Below, one piece after another: positions 1 to 11,539 of a DNA stretch of 64,000 bases. The position numbers were made by a program, and so were the translations under genes. Below the pieces are notes generated by a model. It worked only from the letters and a program-made list of their open reading frames with translations. It was not told the DNA's origin and searched no databases. Source of the stretch: Octopus vulgaris (lineage: Eukaryota); assembly GCA_951406725.2 (NCBI GenBank), contig OX597824.1:55304001-55368000 (forward strand). Direction: 5' to 3'. Within the stretch, counting starts at the first letter, position 1. Each line of letters begins with the position of its first letter.

Positions 1-863
1 AATTAGAGACGAATGACTGTGTGATTAACTTTCATAGATGAGTGAAAGTATATGTTGCAGATTAAGGAAATGCGCGAGCTAAGGTTATCTTAGACATCAA
101 CAAGTAAGACGAAACTATAGAACTATATTTACGTGATGGCATGGTGCTGAAATAGGCAGAATAGAGAGAAAATAATAATAAGGGTTTATGATGATACGCG
201 CAGAAATACGATGGAAGGTAGGTAACAAGTTGAACGGTTAAAATCTCTTATCTGAAATTTTGCATCCTCTGGGATTCATATTTTACAGCCTAGATGTCAT
301 AGCTTAAATATAGGTACACACATACACATTGCACACACACACATTTAGAAAGAGAGATGTAAGGAATATCTCATAGTCATGTGGCTGATGTATCTTAGCT
401 TGCACAAGTTTGTGCCAATTAGTATACATTTGCTAGTCTGGCAACTGTTAAAAAATTATTAATTTCCTATTACATCAACACATAGAACTTCCTTGTTACT
501 AATGTGTTCAGACAAGAAGACTATGTTTTAAATATAAAAATATACTTCAGTTACCATGTGTATTCTGGTTTTAAAATTGGTACACTGCATATTGTAAGAA
601 ACAACTAGAAGTGTTAATGATGGAATGGTTTCTGTCTATAAAATTTCTTTAAGCACTTTAAGAAATTTCTGTTCTCCATTAGCTTCGGTAGATATTCAAT
701 TTCATGTTATGTATCTCTGCTAATGTTGTGTAGTGGTCTTCATCCATGTTTATTCTAACAACATTGGTAATTTGTTCCAAGTCAATGTAGAATTCAGGAT
801 TTAGAATCTCTTTTGAGCTATTTATCTAGAATCATATAAAAACTCATTTCTGTAACTCCTCTT

Positions 864-1440
864 TTGACACTGAAAGATTATCTATTGGATTTCAACCATA
901 ACCCATCTACTAGGCTGATTAACTCAACAAAATCAAATATAGGTAGACTTAGCAAATGTATATTAGATAGAATACTATTGAAGCTCAGAGAAGTTGCCTC
1001 TTTAGCCATATTGAGTAATTCCATTTTAGTGGCAGACTGTTTCAAAGGTATCCTTAATAAGGTATGTACAAAATTCATTCAATTAATAATTATTATACCT
1101 CCATTACATTACCTCTATTTCTTACGACTAAAACTATAAATGATATTAGCGGTTCCAAGGTCATGTGATTATTCCTGCTGACAAAACTCATGTTATAATA
1201 TTTCTATTTGAATAAAATAAAATTCACAAATACCCCTTTTGATGGGTGTGAACAATTTGACCAAAATCGCTGACCTTATTGGCCTATTTATTCTGTTCTC
1301 CCAATTTAGGAACAAATTGTATTGGGATGGTGGCTATTGCAACCCCTGGGCTTATAGATAAATTTTAAAAGGACCTCATTGGCCTCTTCAAAGGCCTTAA
1401 TCTGTTCATTACATAAAACACAAATCTATCTATAGCAGAA
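864..1440 (+). mobile_element. Decayed Penelope-like element (PLE), reverse transcriptase fragment
   Basis: TLKDY..DFNHNPSTRLINSTKSNIGRLSKCILDRI...CFKGILNK..KFIQ resembles the PLE RT N-terminal pattern (TLKDHK..F..NP..RLINP.KS.IG..SK.ILD). A downstream remnant reads IADLIGLFIL. Disrupted by stops and frameshifts. Confidence 0.7.
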
Positions 1441-1524
1441 GTTTGCAAAATTCTAATATTATTAATCCCCTTCATGGAAACATTGATAATTTTTTGATAG
1501 CCATCATGTACATTTCTAAAATAT

Positions 1525-2430
1525 AATGGAGATTAATATTGGCTTATTTTAGTTTAGAAGTCTATGAGCATTGTTTGGCTTTGGATAATTGTATCATCTT
1601 GGAAACATTTTTGTATTTTGTTATATTTTCACTCTAAATCTCCCAAATAGAAAAAACTGCATTTTAATAAAAAATTTCTTGATTTCAAAACAATCATTCT
1701 TTCATGTCATTACTGCTTTTTGATAAATATTTGGAAAAATTTAATGAAATTAATAAAGAACAATAAAAATGCATTCATACAGATGTAGTCAGAATATTTA
1801 ACATGAGATGAACACTAGTTATTGCATTGATACTTGTCTGGAAATTATATTACGCTAATAATCAATTCATTTTGTTTATCTCCTTTGTTAAAAGTGAATT
1901 TGCATAACTAAAACCTACTTCAACCATGGAAATGTTAGTAAAAAGGGCCCGACTTGCACTAAGCTCAGGGTGTTTACTTTTTGTATATTGCTCTAATAAT
2001 CATTCAGATTTTTGTTTTTAAATAAGGAATTAGCTTCAAGATCCATGCACATAATAATGAGCTCATCCTGTGACTTGGATCAATGCCTGCAATTTCTTTT
2101 TCCAAATCAAAAATATGTAACTATTAAGTACATACATTTTTTCCAGGTTTGAAAAAAGAAATTTAATGTCTTTCTTTAATTTTCCTATATGGTTTATGTA
2201 TATTTCTAGGTTAGTATTTGAAAATTTTCCTTTTTTGTCATTTTCCAGCTACCATAAATTTGAAAGATATCTGTAATTTCTGCATGCCAATGGAGATTAA
2301 TATTGGCTTATTTTAGTTTAGAAGTCTATGAGCATTGTTTGGCTTTGGATAATTGTATCATCTTGGAAACATTTTTGTATTTTGTTATATTTTCACTCTA
2401 AATCTCCCAAATAGAAAAAACTGCATTTTA
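1525..2430 (+). repeat. 142-bp direct repeat (1525-1666 and 2289-2430)
   Basis: aatggagattaatattggc...aaaaaactgcatttta is present twice and appears identical on manual reading. Confidence 0.9.
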
Positions 2431-2481
2431 CACTTTTTTTTAATAGTCTACATCCATAAAAAACTCGACACTAGTTTTAGA

Positions 2482-3407
2482 TGTATGTATGTATTCTGTA
2501 TATTCATGTGTTTGTGTGTGTGTGTGTGTGTGTGTATGTATATAGGTTTTTGTGACTATGTACTGTGTCTGTATGTATGGATGTGTATCCCCATATGTGT
2601 GGATGTGTCACCATATGTATACTTGTGTGAAGTGAAGTATGTTTCAGTCTTCATTTGCATGTGTGTGTGTGTGTATGTGTGCTTGCCTGTTCATATTACC
2701 TAGGTACCTATCTGTCTGTATGTCTATCTGTTTACTTTCATATCTATTTGCCTGCATACATGTGCATACAAACACATACATTTACATAACAGCCTACTAA
2801 CTATTCTACCTGTATATAAATATAAACTGGGGGTATGATTATCTACTACGTATATTTTCTATCTAGTACTGGGGATGTTTCATTTATGAGGACGTACTCC
2901 TGTATTTATCTGAGTGTTTGGATAAAATGCAGATGTCGAGTTGACCCAGGTTGCTTCCATGTTGGTAGAGTATGGAGGACTGTTTTTTTGTTGTCATATT
3001 GTCTCAAAGGTTCATTTAGTCTTTCTGCAATGCTACTTGATGACTCCCTTATGTATGTCATGTTCATATCTTTACAACCACTGTAAACTACATTTCAAGT
3101 TCTACAGTTAATGCCAGAGCTAGTCCTACATACCATGTAGTTATCATTAGTGCATAAGATATTCTCAAAGGGGTACATCCTACATAGTTGTGATCTGATG
3201 ACGTTCCCTGGTTTTTCAATAATCTTAATGTTGAGTTTGGTCTCCTTCAGAGCTTTTCTAAATCTACGGATTAATTCTCCATGGGCTGTGGCCTCTACAA
3301 ACATCACTCCTTGATATTTGTCGGTTTTATACCACGTGTTCACCCTGTTTGCTTTGTCACAAGCTCTTTGTATCCTATTCCAGTCTTTGTTTTTATATCT
3401 AGGGCAG
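2482..3407 (-). mobile_element. Inverted copy of the PLE 3' region (GIY-YIG end plus 3' sequence)
   Basis: Reverse complement of ~5280-6267. ORF 3095-3343(-) is nearly identical to ORF 5344-5592(+). Confidence 0.85.
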
Positions 3408-6267
3408 GTCCCTAGAAATGTCCCCAGATGTCTGTGTGAGCATGGAAGATCTCAGTAAAATCAATACTTGCAACCACTCCAACGACCTGTAGTGTAGTAT
3501 GGATGTGATTTCACTCTACCCATCTATAGACATAGATTTTGCTGTGGAGAAATGCACTGAGATAATCTGAGAGTGAAGTAGAGTTCCGTGAAGTTAACAC
3601 AAGGGAACTGGGCTTCCCCCTTATACTATGCTATGACAGTGGCTATTTAGATGACCATGACCTCAGTAGATTCTGCCCCACCAGGTCACAGAGGGGAAGA
3701 CCACCCACCATCACCTCAGCAGTGAAGAAAAGCACCACAGAGTGCTGGAGTGGCTGGACTGTACCCACCCAAAACCTTGAGAACAACAATCAGGTGAAAG
3801 AAATGATTGCACATGCAACAGGAGCTAGCATAAGAACCATGCAGGTTCACGGTGCAGCCATTAGTGTCAGTGTAGCTGATGTCGCCAGCTTCTTCATGAC
3901 CTGGTGGGACAGAAAATTTAAGCAGTCCTTAGCAGAACAGTCCACAACTCTTCTACTTTACAGTAGGTATGTAGACAACATAAATATCCTAGTTAAGACC
4001 AACTCTAATAACTGTAATGTAGAAACTGAGAGGAACATTACGGAGAGAATCCAGCAAGTAGTTAACTCCATCCACCAAAGTATCAAGCTAACTATAGATT
4101 AGTATATACTAACTAGTCACCCCAGCAATAGACTCCTTGCCCTTCATACTGAACTTTGGTTAGAGACTGTGAACAACAGAGTGCAGCTCCTCCACTCCTA
4201 TTACATGAAAGCTGTAGCTTCAAAATATGTTGTTCACAAGAACTTAGCTTTGTTACACTGTGCTGGTATGGCCATGTGGTGAGAATGGATGTGAATAGCT
4301 GTGTGAAAAAGTGCCACACCCTAGTGGTTGAGGGAACCTGTGGAAGAGGTAGACCCAGGAAGACCTGGGATGAGGTGGTGAAGCATGACCTTTGAACATT
4401 GGGTCTCACCGAAGCAATGACTAGTGACCGGGACCTTTGGAAATATGCTGTGCTTAAGAAGACTCGGCAAGCTCAAGTGAGACCATAACCTTGTGGCCTA
4501 TGCCAGGGGTGTAACCAGCCCACTTATGCATACCTTTCCTTCATTGGACACTAAACTCTGCTTGCAAAGACCTGTTGAGGCAAGTGAAATTGAAATTGAA
4601 ATCAAATTCGATGACTGGCATCTATGCTAGAGGAGCGCTAAGAGTACCCTACAAGCATGATTGTTGCCAGAGCAACAAGCTGGCCTCTGTGCCGGTGGCA
4701 TGTAAAAAACACCATTCAAGCATGATCGTTACCTGCGCCGCCTTACTAGCACTTGTGCTGGAGGCATGTAAAAAAACATTTGAGTGAGTTTGTTGCCAGT
4801 GCCGCTGGACTGGCTCCTGTGCAGGTGGCACATAAAAAGCACCATTTGAGCTTGGCCGTTGCCAGTACCACCTGACTGGCCCTCATGCCAGTGGCACGTA
4901 AAAGCACCCACTGCACTCTCAGAGTGGTTGGCGTTGGGAAGGGCATCCAGCTGTAGAAACTTTGCTAGATCAGATTGGAGTCTGGTGCAGCCATCTGGTT
5001 TGACAGACCTCAGTCAAATCATCCAACCCATGCTAGCATGGAAAGCGGACGTTAAACGATGATGATGATGAACATGAAAATTAACATACTGAAAGCAGAC
5101 TTATTTAGGATAATGAACAATGGGTCCCCACTATGCAAACCCTATGAAACGAAGAAACATATACAAAACTTCATGCACTGCATGTAATTCTCTGGATATG
5201 ATCAGAAAGATAGGGTTCGAGAACACAGGAGTGCTAGAAAGAAGTTAGATAACATTATATGTAATGAAACCAGTGGTATCTGCCCTAGATATAGAAGCAA
5301 AGACTGGAATAGGATACAAAGAGCTTGTGACAAAGCAAACAGAGTGAACACGTGGTATAAACCCGACAAATATCAAGGAGTGATGTTTGTAGAAGCCACA
5401 GCCCATGGAGAATTAATCTGTAGATTTAGGAAAGCTCCGAAGGAGACCAAACTCAACATTAAGATTGTTGAAAAACCAGGGAACGTCATCAGATCACAAC
5501 TATGTAGGATGTACCCCTTTGAGAATATCTTATGCACCAATGATAACTGCATGGTATGTAGGACTAGCTCTGGCATTAACTGTAGAACTTGAAATGTAGT
5601 TTACAGTGGTTGTAAAGACATGAACATGACATACATAAGGGAGTCATCAAGTAGCATTGCAGAAAGACTAAATGAACCTTTGAGACAATATGACAACAAA
5701 AAAACAGTCCTCCATACTCTACCAACATGTGAAGGACCAACATGGAAGCAACCTGGGTCAACTCGACATCTGTATTTTATCCAAACACCCAACACTCAGA
5801 TGAATACAGGAGTACGTCCTCATAAATGAAACATCCCCAGTACTAGATAGGAAATATACATAGTAGATAATCATACCCACAGTTTATATTTATATACAGG
5901 TAGGATAGTTAGTGGGCTGTTATGCAAATGTATGTGTGTGTGTGTGTGTATGTGTATATGCACATGTATGTAGGCAAATGGATATGAAAGTAAACATAGA
6001 CATACAGACGGATAGTTACATAGGTAATATGAACAGACAAGCACATACACACACACACATATGCAAATGAAGACTGAAACATGTGACCATATTCACACAC
6101 ACATCACTTCACACAAGGATACATATAGAGACACACATCCATACATACAAACACAGTACATAGTCACAAAACCCCATACACACAGACACACTCAGACATG
6201 TACACACAAGGAGACAAAGGTACACACACACACACACAAACACATGAATACACAGAATACATACATA
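3408..6267 (+). mobile_element. Penelope-like retroelement (RT + GIY-YIG endonuclease), decayed and interrupted by an RTE fragment
   Basis: RT motifs SMDVISLYPSIDIDFAVEKC (~3497-3556) and QVHGAAI..ASFFMTWWDRKF..LYSRYVDNINI. C-terminal WYK..VMFVEAT..GEL, Cys linker and NVVY..TYIRESSSSIAERLNE are GIY-YIG-like. Confidence 0.8.
4258..5070 (+). mobile_element. RTE-clade LINE 3' fragment inserted in the PLE
   Basis: WYGHVVRMD..CVKKC..VEGTCGRGRPRKTWDEVVKHDL (RTE ORF C-terminus). 3' UTR has repeated tggcacgtaaaagcacc, a ccatgctagcatgg palindrome and a (gat)n tail. Confidence 0.9.
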
Positions 6268-6459
6268 GAAATGTACACACATACATACATATATACATAC
6301 GTGCACACATACATTCATGTGTATGCACACACACACTGACCCACACATGTGCACAAACAAACAAAAAGAATGCAGCTTGGATAACAGAGTCAACAACTAT
6401 TGAAAAGGTTGCAAGATGCAACAAAAATTTTAGGAAAATAAGTAAATGAGTGGAAATTT

Positions 6460-7420
6460 TACCAGTGAATGTGTTAAATTATTAGGTACTAAAAGAGAAT
6501 GACTCTCCCCAGACACAACAGAATATGCTTCAACACATGAACTTACATAAAGAATCTGGCAAACCAAATCCAAAAATGAAATAATATACATAAATTTATA
6601 TTTGCCAGGACCTTTAATAATTTCTGTATTTTGCAATACCCTAAATTATTCTTAATTTTTTTATTTATATTTCAAACAAACACCATTTTCCTATATTACT
6701 TCATAATTTTAAAAAACTACGACTCGTTAAATTATACAAATTTCACATTTGATATTTCTGAGGAGCAGAAGAGTTATCTATAAATGCTTATCAATGTAGG
6801 ATTCCATTACTCTATATTATCTAAGTCTATGAACTATATTTGGAATACAAGACAATATAATGGATTTTACACATAACTATTATAGATTATTACAGAAGAA
6901 TTACCAAGGAAGCAAATATGGACTCTCATACTAAAGTGTACTTACCAAAATCAAAAGCAGTAGTTTTTCATTTTTAACTTATATTTCAAACAAATACCAT
7001 TTTCTCATATTACTTCATATTTCTAAAAAAACTACCATTCGATAAATTATACAAATTTCACATTTTATATCTCTGAAGAGCAGAAGAGTTGTCTATAAAT
7101 GCTTATCAATATAGGATTCCATTATAGGGACAGCACTTCTGCGAAACAATTGTAAGATGCTTTAAAAACTTAATTTGAAACTTTTAAAATGTCATTATTA
7201 TATATTTATACTTATACATATTTACATATATTTATATATATTCATATTTGTAATACAACAATTATTTTACACATATATATATCTTTCTGAAGAATTTTCT
7301 AATATTAACACACAGAGTGTGTTTCTTAAATGGCTTACAAACACCTTCCACGCTGCAATTGTTTTCGTTCTAGCACAAGATCTCAGATCAAATCACTTGC
7401 TATGCGAGTACATCTCCGTA
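6460..7420 (+). mobile_element. PLE 3'-end / pseudo-LTR fragments with a ~145-bp duplication (6665-6809, 6979-7124)
   Basis: Remnant HELT*RIWQTKSKNEIIY resembles the GIY-YIG C-terminus. The duplicated block carries a hammerhead 5' half in each copy. Confidence 0.55.
7069..7158 (+). ncRNA. Type I hammerhead ribozyme (PLE-associated)
   Basis: Stem I atct/agat; CTGAAGA core (7073-7079); stem II gcagaag.../...cttctgc with long extension; GAAA (7143-7146); short palindromic stem III caattg; GUA cleavage triplet ending at 7154. Confidence 0.8.
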
Positions 7421-7504
7421 TTTCTAATATTGATTTCCTGATATTAATGATAATATATTATATAAACTATATATATATATATTGATAAAAAACAGTAATA
7501 TATC

Positions 7505-7735
7505 TATGTGTGTATGTGTGTGTCTTTATGTCTGTGTTTGTCACCACCTACCACTTGACGACTGGTGTTGGTGTGTTTACGTCCCTGTAAATTAGTGGTT
7601 CAACAAAAAAACACTGACAGAGTAAGTACCAGGCTTTCAAAAAGGTCCAGGAGTTGATTTGTTCAACTAAAACCCTTCAAGGTGGTGCTGTAGCATGGCC
7701 ACAGTCAAATGACTGAAACAAGTAAAAAGATAAAC
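7505..7735 (+). mobile_element. SINE 3' half
   Basis: gtgtttacgtccctgtaa..agtggttcaacaaa..aagtaccaggc..ggtggtgct..agcatggccacagtcaaatgactgaaacaagtaaaa. Related copies at 34226-34370(-), 48655-48770 and 48840-49025. Confidence 0.75.
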
Positions 7736-7884
7736 ATGTACATATAAAAATACACACGCACACAAACTGGTATCATGTGTTTTGTTCATGTTTCCATATG
7801 TGCATACAATTATTTATAGGATTTTACAGATTTTTGGCACTAAACTTGTTTTTCCTGTGAATCATATGATATTATGCATATGTG

Positions 7885-9110
7885 CTATGCACATAAATTT
7901 GTGTAGTTAGTGAATCCAACATAAGTTCTCGGGAGTACATATCTGTAATGCATAATATACATATAATCGATACTTAAAAACTTACCCATGTTGGAGGGTG
8001 GCATAATGGGTAGGGGTTCATGCTTGAAATTTCGAAGTATGAATTGTTGCTTGTGCATGCAAAGGGAGAAGGTTTCCTCCTTAATTTTTAAAATGTTCAT
8101 TGCTGATGTTATAATATTTAATTTTTCCAAGATACAGAGATTGCATTTGCTGCCTTGTCTCCTATATTTGCTGGACTTAGTTGTGGTGCTCCAGTTTATA
8201 TAGAGGTTGTTCATGTTCCTCTTTTTAAGTGTCCATGATCAGAAAGATAGGGTTCGAGTACACAGGAGTGTTAGAAAGAAGTTAGATAACATTATACGTA
8301 ATGAAACCAGTGGTATCTGCCCTAGGTATAGAAGCAAAGACTGGAATAGGATACGAAGATAAAGATGTTGTGTTTTTTGTTTTTGTCCCTGAAGGAACGC
8401 TACAAATATCTCTCCTTGAAGGTGTTTCCTGTCATTCTAACGTAAGTTCTTGTTGTTTCAGTCAAATATGTGATGCTGACCTTGTATACTAATTCTTTTT
8501 CCAGGAAACTATTGTTCAGGAGACAGTTATCTGGGGATCTACAGTTACTGGATCTTTAGGGGTTGTTTCTAAGGTTGTTATTCTTATTGTGAGTGTCATT
8601 GATCCTATGTTGGGGAGGCAAGTATAACTAACTTTAATTGTATTTCCTTTGAAGATTTGTGTAAAGGAAGGAAATGGGTATCTATAAGTTTCAATTTTTC
8701 TGGCTATATTTGTAGCACATTCATACAGTATGGAAGATTATACCATAATATTTTCCTCTGTCCACATCGCTTTGGTTTATCTAAGTTTGGTTCAGTATAG
8801 GTTGTACTAGTCTTAAAATGGACTTTTCTAATATGGTTTTGTGATATGAGGTTGCCTTTCTGAAAGTAGCTTAAATAGCAGACAGGCTGGAAATATGCTT
8901 ACTAATACTGTTAATTAATCATTTGATTATGGGTGGTGGATGGTTAGATGTCAATGTAGGAGGTGTCCTCCTTTGGTTTATGGTAAGGCCTAAATTTACC
9001 TGTGCTAAGATTCACATTAATGTCTAGGAAATTAACTTCTTTAAGGTTAGTGTTTATTGTAGTTTTCAGGTTCACTAAATATTTTGCATTATTTTTTCCC
9101 CTAATTTATC
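7885..9110 (-). mobile_element. Decayed Penelope-like element (RT C-terminus, linker, GIY-YIG end)
   Basis: Minus strand reads NLKTTINTNLKEVNFLDINVNLSTGKFRPYHKP..SNHPP and ends with NWS....KCNLCILEKLNII. Confidence 0.75.
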
Positions 9111-9144
9111 CATATCGTATTGTTAGCATATATATGTATTATTT

Positions 9145-9300
9145 TACTACTACCATTGCTTCTACTACTACTACTACTACTACTACTACTGCCTTTGCTG
9201 CTACTACTATCCCCTTGCTACCAACACCATGACAACAACGGCCATTACCACTGCTACTGCCACCACATCAGCAATAACAACTACAACAACAACTACTAAA
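9145..9300. repeat. (ACT/ACA)n trinucleotide-rich simple repeat
   Basis: ctactactactact.. and caacaacaac runs. Confidence 0.8.
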
Positions 9301-9309
9301 ATTCAAACT

Positions 9310-9685
9310 TGCTCTGTCCAGAGAACCATGCCTTGAAACCTCCAGGCCCACTTACACTGTATTCTTTGAAACATGAGGCCCCGAAGGAAGAAGTAATGAA
9401 GAGAAGACCAATGGCACAGCCTGCTCATAAAATTAACATGCATGTGGGTAAGCACTCCACAGATATGTGTACCCTTAATGTAGTTCTCAGGATGATTCAG
9501 CGTGACACAGAGTGACAAGGCTGACCCTTTCAAATACAGGTACTATTCATTTTTGCCTGCTGAGTGAACTGGAACAACATGAAATAAAGTGTCTTGCTTA
9601 AAGACATACCATGTCACCAGGAATTGAACTCATGACTTTGCAATCATGAGCCGAATCCCCTAACTACTAAGCCACATGCCTTCAC
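9310..9685 (-). mobile_element. tRNA-derived SINE
   Basis: Minus-strand head gtgaaggcatgtggcttagtagttagg..gagttcaattcctgg (A/B-box-like), followed by aagcaagacactttatttc. Confidence 0.7.
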
Positions 9686-10619
9686 TATAACTCCAGTAAG
9701 ACCAATTCTATCTGCATTTGTGTCTATTTTGAATAGTTATAAGTTATTCTTTCTGTTGGTGATCAAAACAATTAGTAACAGACCCTTGATGAAGCAATAA
9801 AAATATTGAACTGAGTCAAACTGATGTCTATTTCTTGATCAGAAAGTGAAAAGTATGTACTTTCATGACAGTTTTGTACTTTTCACATCTACTTTTCATC
9901 ACAACAAATATACAGTGAATTTGTTGAAACACTAACTGGTAAGACCACCATACATCATTATTCCTACATACATACAATTTCCATCAACTAAATTCCACTA
10001 TGGTAGAAGACATCTACCAGATGCCACACAGTAGCATTAAATCACATGGCTAGAGGCATTGTATTCTGCTATTAGTTTTATTTAATTAACCCCTTCAACA
10101 CTAAGCCACTTCTGTAAAACTATTGAAATTTAAACCAAAAACTAAAACTAAAATCTTGTTATTACAAGTTAGATATCAATAGGTAAGGCTGTCTTTTTAT
10201 TAAGTTGCTTCACTAAACTGCTTTTCAATTTTGATTTCCATCCCCTTGAACTTTTCTTCTATAAGACCTTGTAATTGCTTCTTTTCAAGGAATTGACATC
10301 CATGCATACATGAAAATGTAAATATTTATATGAGGATCAAGTTTTCATGAAATAATAAAGATTTATTGACCAGCCAGGAGAATACAGATGGATATAATTA
10401 AATTCTAAGACACGACTATCAAACTTTTACACTAAAACTAAATATGAATACTTTACGAAAGATATTTTTATTGCGTATTCAAACAATGTGGGAATTATCT
10501 GTGCTAGATTAATTTAGACATATGTTGCTACAGCCAGCTGCTGTATTTTATTGATTGAGATTTCAAATACGGCCATATTTTATATAAACTATGTTAGTAG
10601 TTCAATTTGTAATATATCA

Positions 10620-11300
10620 CCATCATTTAGTATCTGTTTTCCATGCTGGCATGAATTAGACAGTTTGACAGGAATTGGTAAGCTGGAGAGCTGCACCAGG
10701 CTCCAATCTGTTTTGGCTTGGCACAAGTGCCTTTTACATGTCACCAGCATGGGTGCCTTTTACGTGTCACTGGCACTGGCCACAACTATGATTTCACTTA
10801 GCTTGACATGTTTCTCAAGCACAGCAAATTGCCAAAGGTCATAGTCACCTGTCATCACCACCGTGAGACTCAACATCTGAAGATCATACTCCCACATCAT
10901 CTTGGGTCTACATCTTCCATAGGTTCCTTCCAAAGTTAGAAATCGACACTACTTTATGCAGCTATCCTCATCCATACACATCACATAGCCATACCATTGC
11001 AGTTTTCTCTCTTGCACACTACATCTGATGCCTCTTATGCCCTATTTTTCTCTTGAGACACTTACAATCTGTCATATGTGCACACTGACATTGCATATCC
11101 AGCACAGCATACTAGCCTAACTTCTTTCAAGCCTTCGCATGTCTTCTGCAGTCAAAGCCCATGTTTCACTGCTCTGTTGCATTGCTGTTCACACACAAGC
11201 ATCATACAGTCTACCTTTCACTCTGAGAGAGAGGCCCTTTGTCACCCACAAAGGTGCAAGCTCTCTGAACTTCACCTGGCCCATTTTTATTTTAGCAGGG
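10620..11300 (-). mobile_element. Old RTE LINE 3' fragment
   Basis: catcatttagtatctgttttccatgctggcatg tail variant. Homology to the RTE ORF end ([19 protein letters not shown]). Confidence 0.8.
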
Positions 11301-11539
11301 AAAACAAAACTGCTTCTCATCTACAATAACTCTCTTCCTAATTAGTTGGGCTATGACCCTCTCAGTACTTTTCATCATCTGATCCAACAATTTGATACCT
11401 CAGTAATTATTTCTATCTGAGGCATCTTCACCTCTGTAACAGTTGACTATAATGTTGCTACATTCTCCTAGAGGCATGCTTTAACAAAAGCTGAGGGGCA
11501 CCTCACTCCCAGTGGTCTTTCAGCATGCCGGACACTACT

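Noticed and set aside
9780-9820. cttgatgaagc..gaac..gtc hammerhead-like remnant
   Set aside because: Core is altered (TTGATGA, no GAAA) and there is no convincing stem II.
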